Source: an uncultured Campylobacter sp.
GTDB taxonomy: Bacteria; Campylobacterota; Campylobacteria; Campylobacterales; Campylobacteraceae
Direction of reading: 5' to 3'
Assembly (NCBI RefSeq): GCF_938017705.1
Contig: NZ_CALIIS010000038.1
Location: forward strand, 3,532-67,531
Length of the DNA: 64,000 nucleotides
Position numbers and translations under genes: made by a program. The notes under the pieces were generated by a model that worked only from the letters and a program-made list of their open reading frames with translations, did no database searches and had not been told where the DNA came from. Positions 18,602 to 27,802 of this stretch are shown here, piece by piece (positions within the stretch are counted from its first letter, which is position 1; each line of letters begins with the position of its first letter).

Positions 18602-19411
18602 ATGAAAAAAATAGCTCTTTTAATATCCTTTGCTGCGATGATGATTTTTACCGGCTGCGCGAGCACCACGCAAGGCGGCGCCGTAGGCATCGACCGCTCG
18701 CAATTCATCACCGTAAGCGAAGCTGAAATGGATCAAAGTGCCGCGCTTGCCTACAAGCAGATTACCGCCCAAGCAAACGCCAAACATGTCCTAAATACTG
18801 ATAAAAAGCTAACTGATCGCGTTAGAGGCATCTCGAAGCGCCTAATCGCTCAAGTCGGCGCATTTCGCAAAGACGCACTGAAATGGAACTGGCAGGTAAA
18901 CGTCATCAACGACCCTACGATCAATGCTTGGTGTATGCCTGGCGGCCGTATCGTCGTATATACTGGCATCATCGAAAAACTAAAGCTTACCGATGCCGAG
19001 CTGGCTGCTATTTTGGGGCACGAGATGTCTCACGCACTGCGCGAACACAGCCGCGAGCGAGCCTCGACTGAACAGATGAAAGATGTCGGTATCGCCGTAG
19101 CAAGCTCCGCAGCAGGGCTTGGAGATCTGGGCTCAGCGGCTTTGAATATGGCGGCGCAGTACACATTCACGCTGCCGTTTTCGCGCACGCATGAAACGGA
19201 AGCCGATCTGATGGGCGTTGAGCTGATGGCGCGCGCAGGATACGATCCGAGGGCGGCGATAAACGTCTGGGAGAAGATGAATAAGCTAAATGAGAGCCAT
19301 CCGCTTAAATTTATGTCCACGCACCCTTCAAACGACGATCGCATCGCCGATCTAAAAGAGGTGATGCCAAAAGTCTTGCCTCTTTACGAGGCTGCCACAA
19401 GAAATAGATAG
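18602..19411 (+). CDS. M48-family zinc metalloprotease lipoprotein (LoiP/YcaL-like)
   Basis: Lipobox IFTGC, zinc motif HEMSHAL and a downstream ETEAD glutamate. SD AAGGAGAA. Confidence 0.85.
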   Translation: MKKIALLISFAAMMIFTGCASTTQGGAVGIDRSQFITVSEAEMDQSAALAYKQITAQANAKHVLNTDKKLTDRVRGISKRLIAQVGAFRKDALKWNWQVNVINDPTINAWCMPGGRIVVYTGIIEKLKLTDAELAAILGHEMSHALREHSRERASTEQMKDVGIAVASSAAGLGDLGSAALNMAAQYTFTLPFSRTHETEADLMGVELMARAGYDPRAAINVWEKMNKLNESHPLKFMSTHPSNDDRIADLKEVMPKVLPLYEAATRNR

Positions 19412-20067
19412 TCTTGCGATTTAAAATTTCGCAAGAGTTTGCGCGCTGAGGTTTTTTTAAGTAGCGGGTTTTATCGTAGCATTTAAATTTCTTAATGGAC
19501 TTGCGCGCGGCGCTAGGATTATCCGCCGCGCTAGAGCTCTATCGCGATAAAATCTCGCCGCGACAAAGGCCTGCCGCAGCGCGAAATTTTAAATTACCGC
19601 AAAATTCCATTAACACGCGCGATAAACATAATCCGCGCCGAGACAAAATTTCATTTTAAAATGCAAGTGCTGGGCGAAATTCCGTCGCATAGAAAGCCGA
19701 AACGTCCGTCGCTACAGAATTCTACGGCGCGAAATTTTACGATTTTAAGCGCGACGAAATTTGGAGTAAAATTTTGCCCCTTCGGGCGCAGATGGAATTT
19801 CGCTACGGCCGTATACAAATGAAATTTTGCAGCCGCAGCCCAGTATGAAAATAAAATTTATTCGGCTGGGTAGCAGAATTTAGCGCTATTTTGCGCGGCG
19901 ACAAGTCTCGCGTGGGCAGATGAAATTTCGCGCGATAAAAGAAGCAAAATTTCAACTCCGTAAAATTCTACGCACGGGCGCGAGGCATTTTCCACGCCTT
20001 TTGGATTTTAAAGCGTTTTTAGATATAATCATAAATATTTATTTTTAAATTTCAAAGGATAAGAAAT

Positions 20068-21405
20068 TTGGACACGGACAGTTCGGTTTTAATGTTAGTT
20101 TTAGCTTTTGTATTCATCTTTATGAATGCTTTTTTCGTTCTTTCGGAATTCTCAATCGTCAAAGTAAGAAAGTCTCGCCTCGAAGAGCTTATCAAGGATA
20201 AAATTCCAAACGCAAAGCTCGCTTTTAAAATTTCAAACTCCCTAGACACCTACCTCAGCGCCACTCAGCTAGGCATTACGATAAGTTCGCTAGCCCTCGG
20301 CTGGATCGGTGAGCCCGCGGTATCGAGACTGATCGAGCTGCCGCTAAGATCCATCGGCATAGGCGGCGGAGCGGCGGCACATACGATCGCCTTCGTCATA
20401 TCTTTTACGCTCGTTACGCTATTTCACGTCGTGCTCGGCGAGCTGGTGCCAAAATCCATCGCTATTGCCAAAACCGAGAAGATCGTACTTTTCATCTCTA
20501 GACCGCTTCATATTTTTTGGATTATGTTTTTTCCGATCATAAAGGCATTTGACTTCATCGCTGCCGTATCGCTTAAAATCATCGGCGTAAAGCCCGCCAA
20601 AGAGAGCGAGCTTGCGCTTTCGGACGAAGAGATCAAAATCATCGCGAGCGAGAGCCTAAAGGGCGGTGTGCTCGATAGCCTAGAGACCGAGATCATCAAA
20701 AATGCCGTCGATTTTAGCGACACGGTCGCTAAAGAGATAATGACGCCGAGGCGCGATCTAGTTTGCCTAAATAAGCAAAAAAGTTACGACGAAAACTATG
20801 CAACCGTCTTGCAGTCGAAATTTACGCGCTTCCCATATATCGACGGCAGCAAGGATAACGTCCTAGGCCTCATCCACATCCGCGACATCATCCAGCAAAA
20901 GGGAGATAAAAGCTTCGATAAAATCGTGCGCAAGCTCATCATCGTGCCTGAAAACAGCCCGATCTCTAAAATTTTACCGATGATGAATAAGCAGCGCATT
21001 TTTGCCGCGCTCGTCATCGACGAATACGGCGGCACGGCGGGATTTTTGACGATGGAAGATATAATAGAAGAAATTTTTGGCGACATCAACGACGAGCACG
21101 ACGCGAATGCACAAAATTTTAAATGTATCGACGAGAACACCTTTGAGTTTAGAGGCCGCTTCGAGATCGAAGGCGTCGAGGAGGTGATGGGCATCGACTT
21201 CGACGAGGAGACCGAGCAGCTAACGATCGGCGGCTACGTCTTTAACCTCTTCGGCAGCCTACCTGAAATCGGCGATAAAATAAGCGATGAAAACTGCGAC
21301 TATGAAGTGCTGCGAATGGATGGCACAAGAGTTTCGCTCGTAAAAGCGATCAAAAAAGCAGTCGCGCAGCCGCAAGAAAATGAAGAAGCGGAGAAAAATA
21401 ACTAA
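20068..21405 (+). CDS. CNNM/TlyC-family protein (DUF21-CBS pair-CorC_HlyC; annotated as hemolysin family)
   Basis: N-terminal DUF21 membrane domain (...NAFFVLSEFSIVKVRKSRLEEL...), a CBS pair and a C-terminal CorC/HlyC-type domain. TTG start at 20068, or ATG at 20092. Confidence 0.85.
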   Translation: MDTDSSVLMLVLAFVFIFMNAFFVLSEFSIVKVRKSRLEELIKDKIPNAKLAFKISNSLDTYLSATQLGITISSLALGWIGEPAVSRLIELPLRSIGIGGGAAAHTIAFVISFTLVTLFHVVLGELVPKSIAIAKTEKIVLFISRPLHIFWIMFFPIIKAFDFIAAVSLKIIGVKPAKESELALSDEEIKIIASESLKGGVLDSLETEIIKNAVDFSDTVAKEIMTPRRDLVCLNKQKSYDENYATVLQSKFTRFPYIDGSKDNVLGLIHIRDIIQQKGDKSFDKIVRKLIIVPENSPISKILPMMNKQRIFAALVIDEYGGTAGFLTMEDIIEEIFGDINDEHDANAQNFKCIDENTFEFRGRFEIEGVEEVMGIDFDEETEQLTIGGYVFNLFGSLPEIGDKISDENCDYEVLRMDGTRVSLVKAIKKAVAQPQENEEAEKNN

Positions 21406-22052
21406 GCCAAAGTGTGAGTTAATAAAATTCGCTCTGTGATGCTGCGTGCCGGAAATTTCAAGCACGCTGCCACTTGCGACGCTCTCAATCCCCATCCCCA
21501 TATAGGGCAAAAATTTATTCGCTGCTCCCGCATAGATGCCCTAATAGCGGGCACAGGAATGCCACTCGCCTTGTAGAGCGCCATAAAAGTGCTATTTATA
21601 AGTCCTCTTCATATTACAAACAAAAGGCGAAATTCTACCGCGAAAATTCTGCCAGAGCGACGCTAGATAAAATTTCTTGATAAGCCTGTTTTCAAATTTT
21701 GCGAGATCGTAAATTTTAAAATTTCGCAGAATTTTAAAATTCTAATTGATCTAAATTTCTCGCCTAATTTAAATAGCAAGCCACACTACAAGCCCAGGCC
21801 AAGCGAATTTTAAATCCAAAGCCTAAGCGTAAAATTCTAAAATTATTAAAGATAAAATTTTGCCGCGCAATATCGCAGAATTAACTCTATCGATTTTGAT
21901 CATAAAATTTCGCCAATCTTGCTTTAAAACTTCGCAATTTTAAATTCTAAAAATTTCTAAGTAATCAAATCGGCACGCCTTAAAATTCCGCATAAATAAA
22001 TCTTAAATTCCTTTTTGCTACCATAACGAAAATTTTTTGCACGGATGGCTTT

Positions 22053-23366
22053 ATGACAAAACACAAATTCTCATCGCGCTGGGCTTTTATCATCGCTTGC
22101 GTGGGCTCCGCCGTAGGTATGGCAAATGTCTGGGGCTTCCCTTATAAACTCGGCACGAACGGCGGCGGCGCATTTTTGCTAATTTACGTTTTTTTCGTAG
22201 CGCTGTTTTCATACATAGGCCTAAGCGCCGAATACGCGATCGGTCGCCGCGCCAAAACAGGCACGCTAGGCTCATACGAATACGCGTGGAAAAGCCGCGG
22301 ACTGGGCGCTATCGGTAAGGTTATCGGCTGGCTACCGCTTGCCGGTTCGATGTGTATCGCAGTGGGCTATGCCGTCATCATCGCCTACGTTCTAAAAGCG
22401 CTAGTCCAAGCCATAGACGGCTCGCTAATGAGTGAAAATACCGATACGTGGTTCAACTCTTTTGCCCTGATGCCCTACTCCGTGGTACCTTATCACTGTA
22501 TAATCGTCGCAGGCACGTTGTTGACGCTGTTTTTCGGCGCCAAAAGCATCGAAAAAACGAATAAAATTATGATGCCGCTATTTTTCGTGCTATTTGCAAT
22601 TTTGGCAATTAGGGTTGCGACACTGCAAGGCGCTGCGGGCGGATATGCGTTTCTTTTCGGCGCCGATTTTACTAAGCTAGCAGATCCGATGGTTTGGATT
22701 TCTGCGATGGGACAGGCATTTTTCTCGCTATCGATTACGGGCTCAGGGATGATCGTCTATGGCGCGTATCTATCCAAGGACGAAGACATCGTATCTGCGG
22801 CGAAAAATACCGCGCTATTTGACACGCTAGCCGCGATGGTAGCTGCGCTAGTGATGATCCCTGCAGTATTTGCTTACGGAATGGATCCTGCGGCGGGGCC
22901 TAAGCTACTTTTCGTAACTCTGCCTAAAATTTTGCAAGATATGGCAGGCGGTAGAATTTTTGCAGTGATTTTATTTACCGCCGTGATTTTTGGTGGAATT
23001 TCATCGCTTCAAAATATGTTCGAAGTAGTTGCCGAATCGCTAATGCATAAGTTTCCAAGGCTAAGCCGCGCATTCACGCTTGCGCTATTGTGCGCGATTT
23101 GCCTGGGCGCAGGCCTTGGTATGGAAGCCATAAGCTCATGGGGTCCGTGGATGGATTTCGTATCGATTTATATCATTCCGATCGGAGCGGTAATCGGCGC
23201 GATATCGTGGTTTTGGGTGATTAAGCGGAATGAAATTTTAGATGAGATCAATCTAGGCGCAGATATGGCTCGCGGCAAGCTCTGGTATGATATCGGGCGC
23301 TTTGTCTATGTCCCACTGGCGCTACTTTTATGCATAATCGCGCTTAGTATGCATATTTCGTTTTGA
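22053..23366 (+). CDS. sodium-dependent transporter, NSS/SNF family
   Basis: N-terminal motif ...WAFIIACVGSAVGMANVWGFPYKLGTNGGGAFLLIY is typical of neurotransmitter:sodium symporter homologues. Polytopic. Confidence 0.85.
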   Translation: MTKHKFSSRWAFIIACVGSAVGMANVWGFPYKLGTNGGGAFLLIYVFFVALFSYIGLSAEYAIGRRAKTGTLGSYEYAWKSRGLGAIGKVIGWLPLAGSMCIAVGYAVIIAYVLKALVQAIDGSLMSENTDTWFNSFALMPYSVVPYHCIIVAGTLLTLFFGAKSIEKTNKIMMPLFFVLFAILAIRVATLQGAAGGYAFLFGADFTKLADPMVWISAMGQAFFSLSITGSGMIVYGAYLSKDEDIVSAAKNTALFDTLAAMVAALVMIPAVFAYGMDPAAGPKLLFVTLPKILQDMAGGRIFAVILFTAVIFGGISSLQNMFEVVAESLMHKFPRLSRAFTLALLCAICLGAGLGMEAISSWGPWMDFVSIYIIPIGAVIGAISWFWVIKRNEILDEINLGADMARGKLWYDIGRFVYVPLALLLCIIALSMHISF

Positions 23367-23440
23367 ATTAAAATCTTGCTAGATTTAGAATTAATAGTGT
23401 TCTCTAGTAATGGAATTTTAGCAAAGCACATTTATAAATC

Positions 23441-23475
23441 ATTGCATTATCCATATAAATAATGTATAATGCAAT
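23441..23475 (+). promoter_or_regulatory. promoter and operator palindrome of the TA operon
   Basis: ATTGCATTAT (23441-23450) and ATAATGCAAT (23466-23475) form a perfect 10-bp inverted repeat. The right arm overlaps TATAAT (23465-23470). SD AAAGGAGA follows at 23478-23485. Confidence 0.5.
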
Positions 23476-23490
23476 CAAAAAGGAGACAAT

Positions 23491-23754
23491 ATGACGCGAT
23501 CTATAAACGTAAATTTTAGAATGGATGCCGAGCTTAAAAAAGGGTTGGAGGAAGTATGCTCTGAAATGGGGCTAAATTTAACTACTGCTTTTACAATATT
23601 TGCTAAAAAAGTATTGCAAGAACGCAAAATTCCTTTCGAGCTGACGGCAGATCCCTTTTACAGCCACGAAAATTTATCTCATCTTAAGCGCTCTTTTGAC
23701 GAATTAAAGGAAAATAGCGGGATTGAGCACGATTTGTTAGAAGCGGATCAATGA
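23491..23754 (+). CDS. type II antitoxin, RelB/DinJ family
   Basis: N-terminal RHH region INVNFRMDAELKKGLEEVCSEMGLNLTTAFTIFAKKVLQERKIPFEL is typical of DinJ. It overlaps the toxin gene by 4 nt. Confidence 0.8.
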   Translation: MTRSINVNFRMDAELKKGLEEVCSEMGLNLTTAFTIFAKKVLQERKIPFELTADPFYSHENLSHLKRSFDELKENSGIEHDLLEADQ

Positions 23755-24014
23755 AAAAAATCTGGTCGCAAGAAGCTTGGAAAGATTATCTGTATTGGCA
23801 GGAAAATGATAAAAATATCCTAAAGCGCATAAATAAGTTAATCCTAGATATAGAGCGTAACGGCTACGATTGTATAGGCAAACCCGAAGCGCTAAAGGGC
23901 AATTTATCGGGGCTTTATAGTGTTAGAATAGATGGAAAAAATCGGCTCGTATTTAGAATATCTAATGGCGCCATAGAAATAGCTCAGTGTAAAACTCACT
24001 ATGGAGATAAGTAA
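23751..24014 (+). CDS. yoeB: type II toxin, Txe/YoeB family mRNA interferase
   Basis: MKKIWSQEAWKDYLYWQENDKNILKRINKLILDIERN...GKPEALKGNLSGLYSVRIDGKNRLVF...CKTHY matches the YoeB pattern, including the C-terminal H-Y. Confidence 0.85.
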   Translation: MKKIWSQEAWKDYLYWQENDKNILKRINKLILDIERNGYDCIGKPEALKGNLSGLYSVRIDGKNRLVFRISNGAIEIAQCKTHYGDK

Positions 24015-24182
24015 AATACGCACAAAAGCATCAATATCAAAGCGGTAGTATTTGTCCCAAAATAAAAACTTTCACACCCAAAAAAGGCGTAGAATTTTAA
24101 AATTTTATCTTATTTTATGGCTTAAAATTTTGAAATTCAGTGCAGATTTAAAGTAGTAAATTTCAAAATTTTACCTTGGCTG

Positions 24183-24231
24183 CTAAAAAGAAATTTCGTC
24201 GTCAAATTTAACAACAGAAATTTCTTTTTAG
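24183..24231. repeat. perfect 15-bp inverted repeat downstream of the TA module
   Basis: CTAAAAAGAAATTTC (24183-24197) and GAAATTTCTTTTTAG (24217-24231) are separated by 19 nt. Confidence 0.6.
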
Positions 24232-24239
24232 TAAATGCG

Positions 24240-24446
24240 GTGTCTGCAAAAGAGTATCATGAGCTGCTGCAATATTTCAAGGCGCTAAACGTAAAAATAG
24301 AAGATCGGACCGACTTTATACCGCAGGCTCAAAACAACGACTATTTCACCGATAAAAACGAAATTTACAGCGACGATTTTAGCGATACGCAAATTCCGAA
24401 GAAAAATTTTAAATGGAAGCTTAGGCGGTTTTTTAGTTTGGATTGA
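24240..24446 (+). CDS. doubtful small ORF (68 aa, GTG start)
   Basis: ORF track only. No SD and no recognisable family. It lies in an AT-rich islet. Confidence 0.2.
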   Translation: MSAKEYHELLQYFKALNVKIEDRTDFIPQAQNNDYFTDKNEIYSDDFSDTQIPKKNFKWKLRRFFSLD

Positions 24447-24660
24447 AATTTTAGTCCAAACGGTAAGTTCTTAAATTTAGCGAGAATTTCACGAGCAAAT
24501 AGAGGGTAGGACGGCGAGGCAAATACTCGCTCGCCGCTCCTCTAGCTTGCCACATTCACAAACCTATGGCAGGTAAAATTCACTCAGCCCGTCGCCGCAG
24601 CAAATCCTCGACGATCCAGGGATAGAGCCTCGCCCCAAAACCCCAGACCGCTCCTAATCC

Positions 24661-27177
24661 TTACTTCGCCCCTTTAGGCGGCATAAACGCGGTTAGCTTG
24701 ATATCCTCGCCCGCCTTGTGTTTATAAAGCTCGATATTTACTAACGCCGTGTGGGAGATGTTGCCGTTGGCAAGCTCGCTCGTAGGCAGGTCAATCGTAA
24801 GCACGTTCGGATTTCCGTTTTTGCAAAGCCCATCGGCGTTAGGATCGTACCACGCGCCTTCAAAGATCTGCACCACGCCGCGCATTATGTCGCTGCTTAC
24901 GTTGGCTCCCGCCAAAATTTCGCCGCGAGCGTTAAACACGCGCACCAGATCGCCCTGCTTAATGCCGAGCTCCTTAGCGTCCTCGGTATTGATCAGCACC
25001 GGCTCGCGATCCGCGACGGCGTATCTCTTGCGATTTGAGGTGTTGCTCTGCTGTGAATGCAAGCGGTCATACGGATGAATGCTAAGCAGATGAAATTTCG
25101 CGGGCTTATCCTTCATCCCGAGCCATTCGACGGGCTCGAACCACATCGGATGCGCGCCGCAGTCTTTGTAATTCATAGCGGCGATCGTATCGGAGTAAAT
25201 TTCGATCAGCCCGCTAGGCGTTCCCAAAGCCTCCAAAACAGGATCATTTCTAAAATCTTCAAACGTCACGTACACAGCACTCTCTGGCGTCTCGTAAAAT
25301 TCCGTCGGCTCGTTTTTCTCCCACCACTGCTCGAAGCTAGGCATCTGAATGCCTAAAGCGGTGTTTGCGTTCACAGCGCCAGCCGCCCCTTCGTAAAATT
25401 CCTTGATCCAGTCCATCTCTGTTTTGCCGCCGTCTGTATAAACCTCGGCAAGCCCGTCTGCGTAAGCCTTGCAAAGGTCGGTAAAAATTTGATAATCGTC
25501 CTTCGCGCCGTACTGCTTGGCGACGACCTGCTTCATCGGGATTATATGCATATTGGAGTAGTCTCCGCTCATCGTGATGTCGTTGCGCTCATACTCCGTC
25601 GTGGTCGGGAACACGATGTCCGCCATCTTCGCAGTCGGCGTCCAGTAAATTTCATTCACTACGATGGTGCGCGGCTTGCGCCAAGCCTTTATGTTGGTGT
25701 TGGTGTCTTGATGGTGCACGATCGGATTTCCGCCGACCCAGTAGATAAAATCGATCTTCGGATAGGTGATCTTTGCGCCATTCGCGTCGATCGTCTTTCC
25801 CGGATTTAGCAGCACGTCCGCGATACGAGCTAAAGGAAAGGCAACCTTCGCCGTATTTACCAGCCACGCTTGAGTGGCTTCGCCGCCTTGCTTCTGATCC
25901 TGCGCAAGCCCTAGGAATTTGCCGTCCTTAACGACGCCGACGCTTGCGGCGTTCATTCCGCCGATCACGCCGCCCGCGCAGGTAGGCGCGCCGCCGTTAG
26001 CGTAGTGGTAGCTAAAGCCAAAGCCCCCTCCTGCAAGTCCGATCTGCCCCAGCATCGCGCACAAAGTCACGATCATCCAGTGCGCCTGCTCGCCGTGATG
26101 AGCGCGCTGGATACCCCAGCCGGCCATTATCATCGTGCGGTTTTCGTAAAATTTTATCGCAAGCTCTTTGATCACGTCTGCGCTAATGCCGCAAATTTCG
26201 CTAGCCCACTCCGGCGTCTTGGCTACGCCGTCGCTCTGCCCCGTAAGGTACGGGACGAATTTTTCAAAGCCCACGGTGTAGTTTTGTAAAAATTCCTTAT
26301 CGTACTTGCCCTGCGAGTAGAGGTGCTGCGCCATGCCTAGCATCATCGCTACGTCGGTGTTCGGGCGAGGGGTGATCCATCGCGCCTTGCCCTCGAAATA
26401 CTTGCCGCTTACGGTCTTGATCGGATCGATGATAATGATCTCTTTATCGCTATTTTTTAGCTGCTCAAAATACTTAAATCCCTGCTCGTCCGAGCTTGTC
26501 CACGCCACGCGAAGCGTGGAGATCGGATTGAGCCCCCAAAAGACCACGACTTTGGAATTTTCAAGTACCACGGGCCACGAGGTTTGCTGCTCATAGACCT
26601 GATTTGAGCCCGTTACGTGCGGCATTATGACCTGCGCCGCGCCCGTGGAGTAATCGCCCGTGACGCCCGTAAAGCCGCCGGTTAAATTCATAAATCTATG
26701 AAGCAGCGTCCTTGAGACATGCACGTTGCCCGTGCTCTGCCAGCCGTAGCTGCCCGCAAACACCGAGCTCGCACCCTTTTGCTCGCGCGTCTTTTTAAGC
26801 TCGCGTGCGACGAGTTTGATCGCGTCCTCATATTTTACCTCGACCCATTCGTCAAGCCCGCGAAGCTCAGGCTTTGGATTATCGGGATCGGCGAGGTATG
26901 ATTTTCGCACCATCGGCGCCTTGATACGCGTATTATAAACGAGATCCGCCATCGTATTTTGAAGAGTATTTGGAATTTTAGAGGTGATCTTCCACGGCGC
27001 TGATTTTACGATCTTGCCGTTTTTAACGCTCGCTTTTAAAATTCCCCATCGCGCCGCAGTTAAAATTTCGCCGTTTTTCTTAAGCGCTGTAAGTTTATCC
27101 GCCGCGAGCATCGAGCTTGGGATGAGCGGAAGCGCCGAAACCGCCGCGCCGAGCTTTAAAAAATTTCGTCTTTTCAT
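24661..27177 (-). CDS. periplasmic molybdopterin S-/N-oxide reductase (TorA/DorA/BisC family, TMAO/DMSO reductase-like)
   Basis: Tat signal MKRRNFLKLGAAVSALPL. 838 aa. DMSO-reductase-family blocks are conserved (...DYSTGAAQVIMPHV..., ...RPNTDVAMMLGMAQHL..., ...HSQQSN...). Confidence 0.9.
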   Translation of the reverse strand: MKRRNFLKLGAAVSALPLIPSSMLAADKLTALKKNGEILTAARWGILKASVKNGKIVKSAPWKITSKIPNTLQNTMADLVYNTRIKAPMVRKSYLADPDNPKPELRGLDEWVEVKYEDAIKLVARELKKTREQKGASSVFAGSYGWQSTGNVHVSRTLLHRFMNLTGGFTGVTGDYSTGAAQVIMPHVTGSNQVYEQQTSWPVVLENSKVVVFWGLNPISTLRVAWTSSDEQGFKYFEQLKNSDKEIIIIDPIKTVSGKYFEGKARWITPRPNTDVAMMLGMAQHLYSQGKYDKEFLQNYTVGFEKFVPYLTGQSDGVAKTPEWASEICGISADVIKELAIKFYENRTMIMAGWGIQRAHHGEQAHWMIVTLCAMLGQIGLAGGGFGFSYHYANGGAPTCAGGVIGGMNAASVGVVKDGKFLGLAQDQKQGGEATQAWLVNTAKVAFPLARIADVLLNPGKTIDANGAKITYPKIDFIYWVGGNPIVHHQDTNTNIKAWRKPRTIVVNEIYWTPTAKMADIVFPTTTEYERNDITMSGDYSNMHIIPMKQVVAKQYGAKDDYQIFTDLCKAYADGLAEVYTDGGKTEMDWIKEFYEGAAGAVNANTALGIQMPSFEQWWEKNEPTEFYETPESAVYVTFEDFRNDPVLEALGTPSGLIEIYSDTIAAMNYKDCGAHPMWFEPVEWLGMKDKPAKFHLLSIHPYDRLHSQQSNTSNRKRYAVADREPVLINTEDAKELGIKQGDLVRVFNARGEILAGANVSSDIMRGVVQIFEGAWYDPNADGLCKNGNPNVLTIDLPTSELANGNISHTALVNIELYKHKAGEDIKLTAFMPPKGAK

Positions 27178-27782
27178 TTCATATCCTTTAAATTTACGTC
27201 CTTGGAGTGCTTTTGCAGATACTGCACCACCGTCCAGCTCTCATCCTTGCTAATAGGCGTGCGCGAAAGCATCGATTTGATGTAGCCCGGCCATCTGTTG
27301 GCTTCGTAGCTGACGGGTTGGTGCAGAGCGTGACAGACGCTACACGAGGCTTCAAATTTCTCCTTAGCGCCAGCGAAAATTTTATCCACGTCGCCGCTTA
27401 GCGCGCTCTCGTCGGTGTAGGCGGTTATTTTAACCTTATTAAAGCCGTCCTCTTCGCCTAAGCTCTCGCTTTGAAATTTAGCCTGCTTCGAAAACGCCAC
27501 TGCGATTATGCGCGCTTTAGGCGTGAAATAAATAACATTGGGCGCCTTTGGATTTTGATAGCCGATGAGCGAAAATTTCACCGCTCCGTCCTTGACCTCC
27601 AAGACCTCTATGGCATTCGTAGGCAGCAGCCTGCCGTCCTTGTGCGATAAATCGCCGCTTACGCTTACCTGCTTTAGCACCGTGCCGTAAAGCGTCTCGC
27701 CCGCCTTAACCTCGGCGTTTGCACAGCTTGCGATCACAGCCGCAAGAGCCGCCGCAGCCGCAATAGAATTTAAAAACTTCAT
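27174..27782 (-). CDS. periplasmic monohaem c-type cytochrome, partner of the reductase
   Basis: Signal peptide plus a single CSVCH haem motif. It overlaps the reductase gene start by 4 nt (ATGA). Confidence 0.8.
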   Translation of the reverse strand: MKFLNSIAAAAALAAVIASCANAEVKAGETLYGTVLKQVSVSGDLSHKDGRLLPTNAIEVLEVKDGAVKFSLIGYQNPKAPNVIYFTPKARIIAVAFSKQAKFQSESLGEEDGFNKVKITAYTDESALSGDVDKIFAGAKEKFEASCSVCHALHQPVSYEANRWPGYIKSMLSRTPISKDESWTVVQYLQKHSKDVNLKDMK

Positions 27783-27802
27783 GCTTATCCTTTCTTAAAA
27801 TT

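Noticed and set aside
24749-27401. Numerous 60-110-aa ORFs antisense to the TorA-like gene and its cytochrome (for example 24749..25078, 25057..25356, 25489..25809, 26005..26289)
   Set aside because: They lie wholly inside a well-supported 838-aa gene on the opposite strand. They are Arg/Ala/His-rich, as is typical of antisense frames in GC-rich coding DNA, and they have no SD or family resemblance. The same applies to the antisense ORFs in 34399..35552, 43288..44086, 49472..50676 and 58193..59185.
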